This document shows, in pieces, positions 1-9,400 of a stretch of 62,750 nt of DNA. This stretch comes from Thermodesulfobacteriota bacterium (GTDB taxonomy: Bacteria; Desulfobacterota; Desulfobulbia; Desulfobulbales; SURF-16). The DNA is taken from contig JBFMAY010000025.1 of assembly GCA_040755455.1 (NCBI GenBank), positions 1 to 62,750 on the forward strand. The letters run 5' to 3'. The notes beneath the pieces are model-generated. The model was not told the DNA's origin. It saw nothing but the letters and a program-made list of their open reading frames with translations, and did no database searches. A program made the translations under genes and the position numbers. The stretch's first letter is position 1, and each line of letters begins with the position of its first letter.

Positions 1-114
1 TTTTTCGTAATGCTCGCGGCGTTTCAGCTCTTTTTTGATGCCGTCAAGCTGCAGTTTTTTCTTCAGCTGACGAATGGCGTATTCGATGTCTCCTCGTACC
101 TCAACCTCGATCAT
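1..114 (-). CDS. rpsU: 30S ribosomal protein S21 (3' end runs off the window)
   Basis: Reverse strand from ATG at 114 reads MIEVEVRGDIEYAIRQLKKKLQLDGIKKELKRREHYEK, with the S21 RxHYEK signature; not in the ORF track. Confidence 0.9.
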   Translation of the reverse strand, partial: MIEVEVRGDIEYAIRQLKKKLQLDGIKKELKRREHYEK

Positions 115-237
115 GGTAACTCCGAAATAATTAATTATGTTAAGTTGTGCAACCTGGTGCAAAAGGTTTATTTTTAAATTCCGTAAACCAAAATTTATAA
201 TCTACCATCCGTTATTTTGTCAATTGTTTTTTGCTTA

Positions 238-1617
238 TCATAAGCTGGGGAATATCTTTCCCGGATTGAGGATGTTGTTCGGGTCAAAGAATTTTTTGAT
301 GCCGCGCATGACCTCAAGGCTTACCGCGTCAAGTTCCAGCGGGAGAAACGCGGCCTTGGTAATGCCGATGCCGTGTTCGCCGGAGAGGGTGCCGCCAAGC
401 TTGATGACCTGGGCAAACAGGGCCTTGGTGGCGATTTCAGCCCTAGCGACTTCCTGGGGTTCATTTTTATCCAGCATGATGTTGACGTGGATGTTGCCGT
501 CTCCGGCGTGGCCGAAGGTGAAAATGGTCAGATTGTTCTCTGTTGCCAGGCTTTCCACAAACAAGACCAGTTCCGGGATCCTGCTGCGGGGCACCACCAC
601 ATCTTCGCTGATCTTGTGTGGTTTTAACGTGAAGGCGGCTGGTGAGACTGCGCGGCGGGCAGTCCACAGGGCCTCAATGTCATCGGCCTTGTCGGCCTGC
701 ATGACCGCGAGGAGGTCCCCTTTGGCTGCCAGAAATTTCTGCAGAGCAGCCGCCTGGATGGCCACGGAAGGTGCATCGCCATCCACCTCGAGCAGCAGTA
801 GGGCCTGCGTTTCCTTGGCAAGGGCGAAAGGCAGCTTGTCCCTGACGATTTGCATCGCGGTGTGATCCATGTATTCGAGGGTGCAGGGGCGATGTTTTGC
901 CAGGACCTCGGTGACCAGTGAGGTTGCCTGCATGATGCTTTGGCACAGGATGAGAAAGGTTTTTTTGGCGCTGGGACAGGGGATGAGTCTGACCGTTATT
1001 TTAGTGATGATGCCCAAGGTGCCTTCCGAGCCGATGAACAGCCGAGTGAGGTCGTAACCCACCACCCCTTTGGCGGTTCTGACCCCAGTTTGAATGACCC
1101 GGCCATCGGGCAGGACAACCTCTAGGCCAAGTATGTAATCGCGGGTCACGCCGTATTTCACCGCACTTGGGCCGCCGGCGCATTCGGCCACATTGCCCCC
1201 CATGGTGCAGAATTTCAGGCTGGCCGGATCGGGCGGATAAAAGAGTCCTCTCTTGGCCAGTGTTTTCCGCAGGTCGCCGGTAATGACCCCGGGCTCAACC
1301 ACCGCCACCTGGTTTGACTCATCGATTTCCAGGATGCGGTTAAGCCGGCTCAGGGCCATAACCACTCCACCGGCAACCGGCAAGGCCCCCCCTGTCATAC
1401 CGCTGCCGGCGCCTCTTGGCACCACGGGAAACGGCGCGGCATTGGCCAGCTGCATGATGGCGCTTATTTCCCCGGTGCCTGCGGGAAAGACTACGGCTTC
1501 CGGGGGGTATTCCCGGCCGGTGCCGTCGTAAGAGTAGCAGAGCAGCTCTTCCGGTGCAGTTGTCAGCCGGTCCTTGCCGACAATGCTTTGCAGCTTGGTG
1601 ATAATTTCACGTTTCAT
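238..1617 (-). CDS. glcD: FAD-linked oxidase, glycolate oxidase subunit GlcD-like
   Basis: PRGAGSGMTGG FAD loop, YPPDPAS, GSEGTLG, GHAGDGNIH, SGEHGIG, DPNNILNPGK. Confidence 0.85.
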   Translation of the reverse strand: MKREIITKLQSIVGKDRLTTAPEELLCYSYDGTGREYPPEAVVFPAGTGEISAIMQLANAAPFPVVPRGAGSGMTGGALPVAGGVVMALSRLNRILEIDESNQVAVVEPGVITGDLRKTLAKRGLFYPPDPASLKFCTMGGNVAECAGGPSAVKYGVTRDYILGLEVVLPDGRVIQTGVRTAKGVVGYDLTRLFIGSEGTLGIITKITVRLIPCPSAKKTFLILCQSIMQATSLVTEVLAKHRPCTLEYMDHTAMQIVRDKLPFALAKETQALLLLEVDGDAPSVAIQAAALQKFLAAKGDLLAVMQADKADDIEALWTARRAVSPAAFTLKPHKISEDVVVPRSRIPELVLFVESLATENNLTIFTFGHAGDGNIHVNIMLDKNEPQEVARAEIATKALFAQVIKLGGTLSGEHGIGITKAAFLPLELDAVSLEVMRGIKKFFDPNNILNPGKIFPSL

Positions 1618-1679
1618 AACCTTGCTAATGTATAGTGGAAAATGTAATATGCAAGCCGAAACAGGATTAATAATAAGAA

Positions 1680-2630
1680 ATGAGGACGAATATGACGAAT
1701 AAATTACGGGTTGCCCTGCTGGCTGGCGGCAAATCCGGTGAACGTGAGGTATCGCTGGCCGGGGCGCGAGGGGTGCTGGCTGCTCTTGATAAGGGGAAAT
1801 ATGATGTGCGCCAGTATGACCCGGCCGGTGATCTGGCCAGGCTGGCGGCAGATGCGGCCGGTCTCGACGTGGCCTTCATCCTGCTGCATGGCCCGCTGGG
1901 CGAGGATGGCTCCATGCAGGGCTTTCTTGATCTGCTGGGCCTGCCTTACCAGGGATCAGGGGTTCTGGGCAGCGCCCTGGCCATGAATAAAAATCTGGCC
2001 AAAATTCTCTACAAGCAGGCTGGGTTGCGGGTTGCGGACTGGCAGATGGCCTCCCGCCGGGATATCGACCATCCGGAAAATCTTTCAGCGCACCTGCGCT
2101 TCCCTGTCGTGGTAAAACCTGTCGGTCAAGGTTCCAGTCTTGGCATGAGCATCGCCCATGATAATGATGAGCTTGCCGCAGGTCTCAAGCGGGCCTTTGG
2201 TTATGACAGCGAGGTCATGGCGGAGGAGTTTGTCCTTGGGCGGGAAATAACGGGCGGGGTGCTCGGTAATGATGATTTGCAGGCGTTGCCGCTGGTTGAG
2301 ATCATTCCCGGTAAGGAATACCAGTTTTTTGATTATGAGGCCAAATACAAGGCCGGCGCAACCAGGGAGGTCTGTCCCGCTGATTTTCCCGGGGAGATAA
2401 CCCGCCAGGCCCAGGATTATGCCCTGCGCGCCCATCGCGCCCTGCATTTAAGGGGTTACAGCCGGACGGATATGATCGTTGCCGAGCAGGGGGAGATTTT
2501 TGTTATTGAAACCAATACGATCCCCGGCATGACGCCAACCAGCCTCCTGCCCCAGGCCGCGCAGGCCATTGGTTACAGCTTTCCGCAGCTCCTTGACCTG
2601 CTGATCGGGCTGGCGCTGGAGCAAAAATAA
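1680..2630 (+). CDS. ddl: D-alanine--D-alanine ligase (alternative start 1692)
   Basis: GGKSGEREVSL, LHGPLGEDG, GSSLG, YEAKY, ETNTIPGMTPTSLLP. Confidence 0.95.
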   Translation: MRTNMTNKLRVALLAGGKSGEREVSLAGARGVLAALDKGKYDVRQYDPAGDLARLAADAAGLDVAFILLHGPLGEDGSMQGFLDLLGLPYQGSGVLGSALAMNKNLAKILYKQAGLRVADWQMASRRDIDHPENLSAHLRFPVVVKPVGQGSSLGMSIAHDNDELAAGLKRAFGYDSEVMAEEFVLGREITGGVLGNDDLQALPLVEIIPGKEYQFFDYEAKYKAGATREVCPADFPGEITRQAQDYALRAHRALHLRGYSRTDMIVAEQGEIFVIETNTIPGMTPTSLLPQAAQAIGYSFPQLLDLLIGLALEQK

Positions 2631-2632
2631 AA

Positions 2633-2827
2633 TCACTGCACCTCGTTAAGGGCTTTGCTGTCAATGCGTGAGGGTTTGATGGTGTAGCCTGTCACCAGCG
2701 TACCTAATGGGGTGCAGACGTAATGCCATTCGACGTCTTCACTGGGGTAGACCCAGACGCCTTTTGCCGTTGTCCCTTCCGCATCCGGGCTTTTCACCCA
2801 TATCTGGCCGTTTTCTCGGGTAAACAT
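2633..2827 (-). CDS. small hypothetical protein (64 aa)
   Basis: GAGGAG RBS upstream of the ATG and a consensus sigma54 promoter about 50 bp upstream. Confidence 0.65.
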   Translation of the reverse strand: MFTRENGQIWVKSPDAEGTTAKGVWVYPSEDVEWHYVCTPLGTLVTGYTIKPSRIDSKALNEVQ

Positions 2828-2875
2828 CGCATGCTCCTCTCTGCATGGTTTTTTTGCATCTTGCAGTGAGGTATC

Positions 2876-2891
2876 AGCAATAAAAGTGCCA
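2876..2891 (-). promoter_or_regulatory. sigma54 (-24/-12) promoter
   Basis: Minus strand TGGCAC-TTTTA-TTGCT, matching TGGCAC-N5-TTGC. Confidence 0.8.
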
Positions 2892-2932
2892 CTTTTTTGT
2901 TTTGCGGTGTTTCCTGCTGATTATTGCAAGTC

Positions 2933-2945
2933 TAACTTGTTGATA
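2933..2945 (-). promoter_or_regulatory. IHF-like binding site
   Basis: Minus strand TATCAA-CAAG-TTA fits WATCAANNNNTTR; lies between the sigma54 promoter and a candidate enhancer. Confidence 0.5.
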
Positions 2946-3013
2946 TGTTTGTATTAGAATTGTTTATTTCCCGAAGTTTCTCCGCGGCTGTTCACCCCAG
3001 GGCCCAGGGATTA

Positions 3014-3030
3014 TTGGGTGAAATGCCCAA
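3014..3030. promoter_or_regulatory. candidate enhancer-binding-protein site
   Basis: Palindrome TTGGG-N7-CCCAA about 125 bp upstream of the -24 element. Confidence 0.35.
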
Positions 3031-3127
3031 AAAATAGTGCGGATTTAGCCAATGCGAAAGGGTGGTCGTGGGGAATTTGGCTGATGTTTTTGGGGCAATG
3101 GCTGCCGTCTTTCCGGGGCAGGAGGGG

Positions 3128-3159
3128 AAAAAAGAAGGCGGAGCCGAAAGGCTCCGCCT
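3128..3159 (-). terminator. intrinsic terminator of the PEP-CTERM gene
   Basis: AGGCGGAGCC-gaaa-GGCTCCGCCT perfect stem; adjacent A-run gives a U-tail on the minus strand. Confidence 0.8.
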
Positions 3160-3186
3160 GGGGTAAGAGAGGAGAGGGGAAGAGGT

Positions 3187-3993
3187 TTATTTTTTTCTGA
3201 ATTTGCGGCGCTGCCAGGCAGCCAGGCCGGTGATGCCGCTGCCGAAGAGCAGCATGGTCGCCGGTTCGGGCACCGGGGCGGTGGTCCCTTTTCCCAGCAG
3301 ATTATCGTTGCCGCATCCCATGGTGAAATGGGCGATAAACTGCAGGGAGGGATCCAGAAAGGAGAGGTCAACGCCTGCGGCATAGTGGCTGCCGCCGAGA
3401 AGTCCGCCGACTGCCGCATCGGCAAGTCCAGCTGCATAGTCAATCGTGCCGTTGCCGATCAGGGTGCCGCCTGAAGCGTAACGCCAAGGGTTGGATGACG
3501 GATCAGTCAACTCATTCTGCGGGTAATAAACGGTGATTGTCTTTACGTCGGCAGTATCAAGCTTGTAGACCAGGTAGGTCAAGTTGCTGAAATCCAAGTC
3601 CAGTACATACTCATAACCGAAATTGCCGGTGACGGTTTTGTTGCCTGTGGATGGAGTGAAGCCGTCAGGGGCCTGGGTTTTGCCATAGAGGCCGTCAATA
3701 TCAATGAAAATGTCGCCGGAGTAGAATCCGTCTTTGCCGGTTTTGAAGTTATAGCCGCCGACCATGGTCAGAGAGTTGCCCTTCTGGTAAAAGGCCTCAA
3801 GGTCCCACGCCTGGGTGGCAACCATGCCCGGCTCCGTTTCCTGGTCCTCCTGCTGGCCGTACCAGCCGGTGGTCGCGGTGGATGAGCCGTCATAGATGGT
3901 GATGTTGTTGGAATAGTTCAAGGCGAATGCATTGCCTGCCAGCAGCAGTATGCCGGCGAGGCCCAAGGCCATGGTGGTTGTGTATCTTTTCAT
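3187..3993 (-). CDS. PEP-CTERM sorting-domain protein
   Basis: Signal peptide (…AGNAFA) and C-terminal VPEPATMLLFGSGITGLAAWQRRKFRKK. Confidence 0.92.
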   Translation of the reverse strand: MKRYTTTMALGLAGILLLAGNAFALNYSNNITIYDGSSTATTGWYGQQEDQETEPGMVATQAWDLEAFYQKGNSLTMVGGYNFKTGKDGFYSGDIFIDIDGLYGKTQAPDGFTPSTGNKTVTGNFGYEYVLDLDFSNLTYLVYKLDTADVKTITVYYPQNELTDPSSNPWRYASGGTLIGNGTIDYAAGLADAAVGGLLGGSHYAAGVDLSFLDPSLQFIAHFTMGCGNDNLLGKGTTAPVPEPATMLLFGSGITGLAAWQRRKFRKK

Positions 3994-4067
3994 TTTTTCT
4001 CCTTATCCTCAGTTGCCCGATTGAAGCGATGGTTTTTTCTTTGCAGCCCTCATTGGCCATTAATAAA

Positions 4068-4083
4068 AGCATTATTCGTGCCA
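4068..4083 (-). promoter_or_regulatory. sigma54 promoter of the PEP-CTERM gene
   Basis: Minus strand TGGCAC-GAATA-ATGCT. Confidence 0.7.
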
Positions 4084-4307
4084 AATATTGCTGCTGGGAC
4101 ATTTTGCCACATTTCCGACACGTTGCCGTTGTTGGTCAATCTGCGCTGTAGCCGAGAAATTGTAAGGTTTCCATGTTTGTGGAGTTCGGATTCCAGGAAA
4201 TCGGAAAAGGGGGCAGGAGTGGCGGGGGAGGAGCAAAGAGGAGAAAAAGGCGTTCCCGTTTATCCAGAGTTGGCAGGGCAAGCGGGAACGCGATGTTGTT
4301 TCGCTAA

Positions 4308-5573
4308 TCAAAAGCGATTTGCAAAATAGGGGGCAAGCACTGCCGGGAGTTTGATGCTGCCGTCTTCCTGCTGATAATTCTCGTAGATGGCGGCCAGGGT
4401 GCGGCCCACGGCCAGGCCGCTGCCGTTTAAGGTATGGATGAGGGCGCTTTTTTTCTCGCCCTTGGGCCGGTAACGGATGCCGCCTCTTCTTGCCTGAAAA
4501 TCGAGAAAATTGCTGCAGGAAGAGATTTCCCGGTACTTGTTCTGGGCAGGCATCCACACTTCGATGTCATAGGTCTTGGTGGCGGAAAAACCGAGATCGC
4601 CCGTGCATAACACGACCACTCGGTATGGGAGCTGTAAGAGCTGCAGCACTTCTTCAGCGTCGGCCCGCAGGGATTCAAGTTCGTCGTCGGATGTCTCGGG
4701 CGTGGTGAATTTGACCAGTTCCACCTTGTCGAACTGATGCTGGCGGATGAGGCCTTTCGTGTCCTTGCCGTAGGACCCGGCTTCGGAACGGAAACAGGGG
4801 GTATAGGCGCAGTATTTGATGGGCAGATCATCGGCTGCCAGGGTTTCGTCACGGTGGATGTTGGTTACCGGCACCTCGGCCGTGGGGATGAGATAAAGAT
4901 CCCAGCCCTTGGCGTTGAATAGATCCTCCTCGAATTTCGGCAGCTGGCCGGTGGCGGTCATGGTGGCGCTGTTGACCAGGAATGGCGGCAGGACCTCCTG
5001 GTAACCATGCTTCTGGGTATGGAGGTCCAGCATGAAGTTGATCAGGGCCCGCTCAAGCCGGGAGGCAAAGCCTTTCAGCAGGGTAAAGCGGGCGCCGGCA
5101 ATTTTAGCGGCCCTTTTGAAGTCCATGGTGCCGTCCGCTTCGCCAAGCTCCCAGTGAGCCTTTGGCGGAAAGGCGAAACGAGTGGGCTCTCCCCATTTTT
5201 TCACCTCAACGTTATCACTGTCATCCTTGCCGACGGGGAGGGAATCGTGGCAGATGTTGGGGATGTCCATGACAATTTTCTGCAGGTTTTCCTCGATGCC
5301 CGCCAGATTCTCTTCGATCTCCTTGATTCTGTCGTTTACCCGGCGCATTTCCACGATAAGCGTTTCCGCGTCGGCCTGCTGCTTTTTCAGTTCGGCGATG
5401 TCCTGAGACACGGTTTTGCGGCGGTTGCGCAGGTCTTCAACCTCGCCGAGGAGTTCCCGGCGCCGGCGGTCAATGTCGACAAATTCATCAATACGGCTGT
5501 TGGTAATGCCGCGGAGTTTGATTTTCTCTTTAACCAGGTCGATATGTTCCCGGATGAAACGGAGTTCCAGCAT
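4308..5573 (-). CDS. serS: serine--tRNA ligase
   Basis: N-terminal coiled coil, [53 protein letters not shown]. Confidence 0.97.
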   Translation of the reverse strand: MLELRFIREHIDLVKEKIKLRGITNSRIDEFVDIDRRRRELLGEVEDLRNRRKTVSQDIAELKKQQADAETLIVEMRRVNDRIKEIEENLAGIEENLQKIVMDIPNICHDSLPVGKDDSDNVEVKKWGEPTRFAFPPKAHWELGEADGTMDFKRAAKIAGARFTLLKGFASRLERALINFMLDLHTQKHGYQEVLPPFLVNSATMTATGQLPKFEEDLFNAKGWDLYLIPTAEVPVTNIHRDETLAADDLPIKYCAYTPCFRSEAGSYGKDTKGLIRQHQFDKVELVKFTTPETSDDELESLRADAEEVLQLLQLPYRVVVLCTGDLGFSATKTYDIEVWMPAQNKYREISSCSNFLDFQARRGGIRYRPKGEKKSALIHTLNGSGLAVGRTLAAIYENYQQEDGSIKLPAVLAPYFANRF

Positions 5574-5579
5574 GTTTTC

Positions 5580-7094
5580 TTATCCTTTTTTGCTGCTTTT
5601 CTTGATGGCCATGGCGGCGAAATCACGAAACAGCCTGAGGGCCTTGATGCGTTCTTTATTCAGTTTGGGGCGGCCCGCCTTGCGATCCATATACAGCAGG
5701 GCTATGGCCTTGTTATTGACAACGATGGGGAAAAGGTAAACGGTCCTGTCTTTGACCAGGTAATGCATGTTTTCGGGAAAGGCTCCCAGCGCATCAACTT
5801 CTACGGCAATGTCCTTGCATTGCTTCATGGCCCTCGGGATGACCTGGTCCACATTGGCCAGAGGCTGTTCGAAATTGGCGATATCCTTGGCGTCTATGTC
5901 GCCTAAGCCAAAGCGCCCGGCCAGCACGATTTTGGTTGCCTGAATATTCATCACGCAGAGGATCACCCGGTCAAAGCCCACTCCCCGGTATATGGCTTCC
6001 AGCAGGTTTGCATAAAATTCATTGAGTTGAAAGGGGCCCATCAGCGTCTCGGTCATTTCCTTAATAAATTCGTTGATGGACTTATCGGTGGACGGTAGTT
6101 CGTCAAGTTCCTCAATCTGTTGCCCGGCTTTTTTCCCCTTCTGGTTTGGTTCTTCTTGTTCCGGCGAGGCGGGTTCGCGCCTGGCGGCCTTTTCCAGTCT
6201 GCTGTGGATTTTCAGTTTCGCCAGGCCGTAGCGGATGGAGTCGGAGATGTCCTGGGACGCCTCCACGCCTTTATTGAGCAGTTCCAGGGCTTGCTCATGA
6301 TTGATGGAAATGACGTCGCTATAGTGGTTCAGCAGTTCGCTGGTGTCTTCTTCGTTGCACACCAGATCGACGAAGCGGTTGCTGAAATCGGCGAGATTCT
6401 GCAGGTAGCCTTCGGCGTCGGAACTGCTTCGCGGTTTGCCTGGATGGATCGCCATGGAGATGACAACCTTATGGGAGAGATTCCAGAATTTTGCAATCTC
6501 CTGGCCCAGGTCGGCAAAGGTAAGATCTTCGAGCAGTTCCTTGGTCGCGGTTTCCTCTGGGATACCCAGGGCGACATTGCTCTCGATTTTTTTATAGATC
6601 TCCGGCAGGTATATGCAGGTAATAATCTTGCCGAGATTGTGGAGCAGGCCGCAGATGAAAGCCTCTTCCGGCAGAACATTGAGTTTTTTTTCGCCGGCCA
6701 GGTCCCGGCAGTGCAGGGCGCTGAGAAAGGAGCGGGTCATCAGTTTGGTGATCCCCTCTTTTTCGACCCCGGACTTGATAAAATCTTCAAAGATTGCGAT
6801 GGCCGTGGCAAGATCGCGCACCGCGTCAAAGCCGAGAATGGTGACGGCCTTGGAGATGGAGCTGACCGATTGGCCCAGGGAGTAATAGGCTGAATTGACA
6901 ACCTGCAATACCTTGTTGGTCAGGGAGTAGTCTTTCAGGATAACCCGTGACAGGTCGTAGGCGGCGCTTCGGCTGCTGTGCACCAGTGAGATGAGCTCCT
7001 GCACATGGGTTGACATGGCGGGTAATTCGCTCATGTTCATCTTGGCAAAAATTTCCGCTAATTTCCCGGATGGATTCCTTTTCGATTCTGTCAT
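5580..7094 (-). CDS. HDOD-domain protein with C-terminal GAF-like domain
   Basis: ELPAMS…KDYSLTNKVLQVVNSAYY…ILGFDAVR HDOD pattern; LLHNLGK (HD→HN); C-terminal GFDRV…FPIVVNNKAIALLYMD. Confidence 0.8.
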   Translation of the reverse strand: MTESKRNPSGKLAEIFAKMNMSELPAMSTHVQELISLVHSSRSAAYDLSRVILKDYSLTNKVLQVVNSAYYSLGQSVSSISKAVTILGFDAVRDLATAIAIFEDFIKSGVEKEGITKLMTRSFLSALHCRDLAGEKKLNVLPEEAFICGLLHNLGKIITCIYLPEIYKKIESNVALGIPEETATKELLEDLTFADLGQEIAKFWNLSHKVVISMAIHPGKPRSSSDAEGYLQNLADFSNRFVDLVCNEEDTSELLNHYSDVISINHEQALELLNKGVEASQDISDSIRYGLAKLKIHSRLEKAARREPASPEQEEPNQKGKKAGQQIEELDELPSTDKSINEFIKEMTETLMGPFQLNEFYANLLEAIYRGVGFDRVILCVMNIQATKIVLAGRFGLGDIDAKDIANFEQPLANVDQVIPRAMKQCKDIAVEVDALGAFPENMHYLVKDRTVYLFPIVVNNKAIALLYMDRKAGRPKLNKERIKALRLFRDFAAMAIKKSSKKG

Positions 7095-7416
7095 TTTGTG
7101 CTGATATGCTGGTTAAATAATTATACCCTGCCCCGATAAAATGGTATTATACGGGAAAAAAAAAAGAATTGCCACCTATAGGTTCATCAATCTCAGCCGG
7201 TAAGCATCCTCCGCCTAAGCCGGAGCAGCAAGGGGCAATGGTGCTGCAATACCTTGCAGGTGTCAGGTGGGCGTTTGCCGGAGGAGGTTCCCTGGCATGC
7301 CGGGGCCGCCTGGTGCCGGCGTGTCAGGATCGGCGGGAGCCGGGGCGGCAATAACAACCACATTATTTTTGCCCTGATGGGCAAGGGTACATGCATTCTA
7401 TCATGAAAAGAGGACA

Positions 7417-8391
7417 ATGAGCGATTCGCCCAAGGCTTTTTTAAAACTTGTTGCCGGTGGAGAAGAACATACCTGGCCTTTGGCCGGGAAGAGTACATAC
7501 CGCGTGGGGCGGGGTGAAGGCAGTGACATTCTCCTGCCCTATCCCTGGGTGTCCCGCCAGCATGCCATGATCCAGGTGGAGGCGAATTTCAGTCATAATA
7601 TCGTTGATCTCGGCAGCGCCAACGGCACCTTTGTCAATGGCCGGCGGGTCTATACCCCCACCAGATTGAGCTCCAATGATCATGTCAAGATAGGGAAATC
7701 GGAACTGGTTTTCCGGCAGGAGAACCTCACTGCCGCGCAGTCCGGCGATGATACAAACGCAACCGGCGATGAAACAGTCGCCTTTCTGCAGAAAAACCAG
7801 GTGACCATTCTCGTCTGCGATATCCGGCAGTTTACCCCGCTGTCGGAAGAGGTCGGCGCAGGCCCAGTTTCGCAATTGCTGGCCCTGTGGACCAGGAAGG
7901 TGGATGGGGTTGTGCGGAAAAACGGCGGCCAGGTGGACAAGTTCATCGGTGACGCGGTGCTGGCCGTATGGCCAGAGGGAGCGGATTTCGCCGCCGTGGC
8001 CATGGCTTTGCTTTCCGCCCTGGAAATCAGTATCCTGACCGGCAAACTCGGGCAGAGTGTGCCGGGCATCAACCGGGAGTTGAAAATCGGCGCCGCCTTG
8101 AACAGCGGTGAAGCGGTGATGGGCAATATCGGCGTTGACGGGCAACGGGATTTCACCATTGTCGGCGATGTGGTCAATGTGGCCTTCAGGCTGCAGGAAA
8201 TCACCTCCCGGCAGAAAATAGATGTGATTCTCGGGGAAAAGACCTATCGTGAGCTTAAGGATGCCTCGCCATATTTTACCAACCAGGCATATACGGTCAG
8301 AGGCAAGGCGGAATCCCTGCAGACCTATAGTGCCTCCTTTGCCCAAGTTCGGCAATATCTGTCCAAGTGGAAATCTTTGCTGAAAAAATAA
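7417..8391 (+). CDS. FHA domain-class III adenylate cyclase fusion
   Basis: FHA: VGR, SRQHA, DLGSANGTFVNG. Cyclase: CDIRQFT, DKFIGDAV, DFTIVGDVVNVAFRL (Lys/Thr specificity pair of class IIIb adenylate cyclases, Asn/Arg intact). Confidence 0.9.
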   Translation: MSDSPKAFLKLVAGGEEHTWPLAGKSTYRVGRGEGSDILLPYPWVSRQHAMIQVEANFSHNIVDLGSANGTFVNGRRVYTPTRLSSNDHVKIGKSELVFRQENLTAAQSGDDTNATGDETVAFLQKNQVTILVCDIRQFTPLSEEVGAGPVSQLLALWTRKVDGVVRKNGGQVDKFIGDAVLAVWPEGADFAAVAMALLSALEISILTGKLGQSVPGINRELKIGAALNSGEAVMGNIGVDGQRDFTIVGDVVNVAFRLQEITSRQKIDVILGEKTYRELKDASPYFTNQAYTVRGKAESLQTYSASFAQVRQYLSKWKSLLKK

Positions 8392-8558
8392 GCTCTGGAA
8401 ATGACATTTGTCAAATTGTGTGACATAGTTGGGATATGGACGATTAATCCGGAAGATATCCGGCCCATGGAAACTTGTCTGTTTTTACCTGTCGGAAGGG
8501 AAGCAGGAAGGGATGTCAAATTTTAATTTCGGCGCAGCGGCTGGCAGAGGAGTGTGTT

Positions 8559-9257
8559 ATGGCTGTATGGGCAATTAAGCTTCATGACAAGGTTGTTAAG
8601 CAGTTTGCCATTGAGGATGGTGAACGTCTGGTAATCGGCAGGAGTTCTGAAGCGGATGTGGTTGTTGATAATACGGCTATTTCCCGCAAACATTCGGCTC
8701 TTGAAAGAAGAAACGGCGTCTATTTCCTGGAGGATCTCGGCAGCCTGAACGGCACCATGGTCAATGGCAAGAAGATCGACTCCTGCGTCCAGCTTTTTGA
8801 TGAGGATGTCATTGAAATCGGCAAATTTCTGCTGCTGCCTGCCGAGGCGTTGAAGGATGCCAAATTCGCCTCCCAGAGCGCACCGCTGGATTATGGCGAT
8901 GAAACGGTTTTCGTCAACCGGGGCAATCGCCCGGCTGCTGCTGCCAAGACCAAGGAAAAAGGCAAAGCCCCCCATCATCTGACGGTGATCAAGGGCAATG
9001 GCAGCCCGGCGGAGGTCCCCCTGCTTGGCCGCAGCAGCGTCAAGATCGGCAAGGACATCAACTGCGACCTGCGGGTGGCCGGCTGGTTTGTGGCCCAGGC
9101 CCAGTGTTACGTCATCAACCGGGACAAGAAGTTCTATCTCGTGCCGCAGCGCAGCTGGGTAAAGACCATGGTCAACGGCACGGCGGTGCGGGAGGAGCGG
9201 GAGCTGCACAAGGGCGATATTATTGAAATCCGCGGGGTGCAGATACGTTTTGAATAA
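8559..9257 (+). CDS. tandem FHA-domain protein
   Basis: First FHA intact (IGR, SRKH, DLGSLNGTMVNG); second FHA-like repeat degenerate (IGK…VNG…GDIIEI). GAGGAG RBS supports ATG 8559. Confidence 0.85.
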   Translation: MAVWAIKLHDKVVKQFAIEDGERLVIGRSSEADVVVDNTAISRKHSALERRNGVYFLEDLGSLNGTMVNGKKIDSCVQLFDEDVIEIGKFLLLPAEALKDAKFASQSAPLDYGDETVFVNRGNRPAAAAKTKEKGKAPHHLTVIKGNGSPAEVPLLGRSSVKIGKDINCDLRVAGWFVAQAQCYVINRDKKFYLVPQRSWVKTMVNGTAVREERELHKGDIIEIRGVQIRFE

Positions 9258-9400
9258 GCGGCCGCAGAGCTCCACCCCCGCCCTGCTCCCAGGCGATGCC
9301 GCTTGCGCACTTCCGGTGCAGTATTTCCCTATTATGCCGGAAAATCCACTGAAGGTTTTCTTCTTTTCCTTGACTGTCATGAATATGGGCTTGTGAAATT

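Noticed and set aside
8402..8425. TGACA/TGTCA dyads as a CRP site after the cyclase gene
   Set aside because: Does not fit TGTGA-N6-TCACA; could be another operator but is unsupported.
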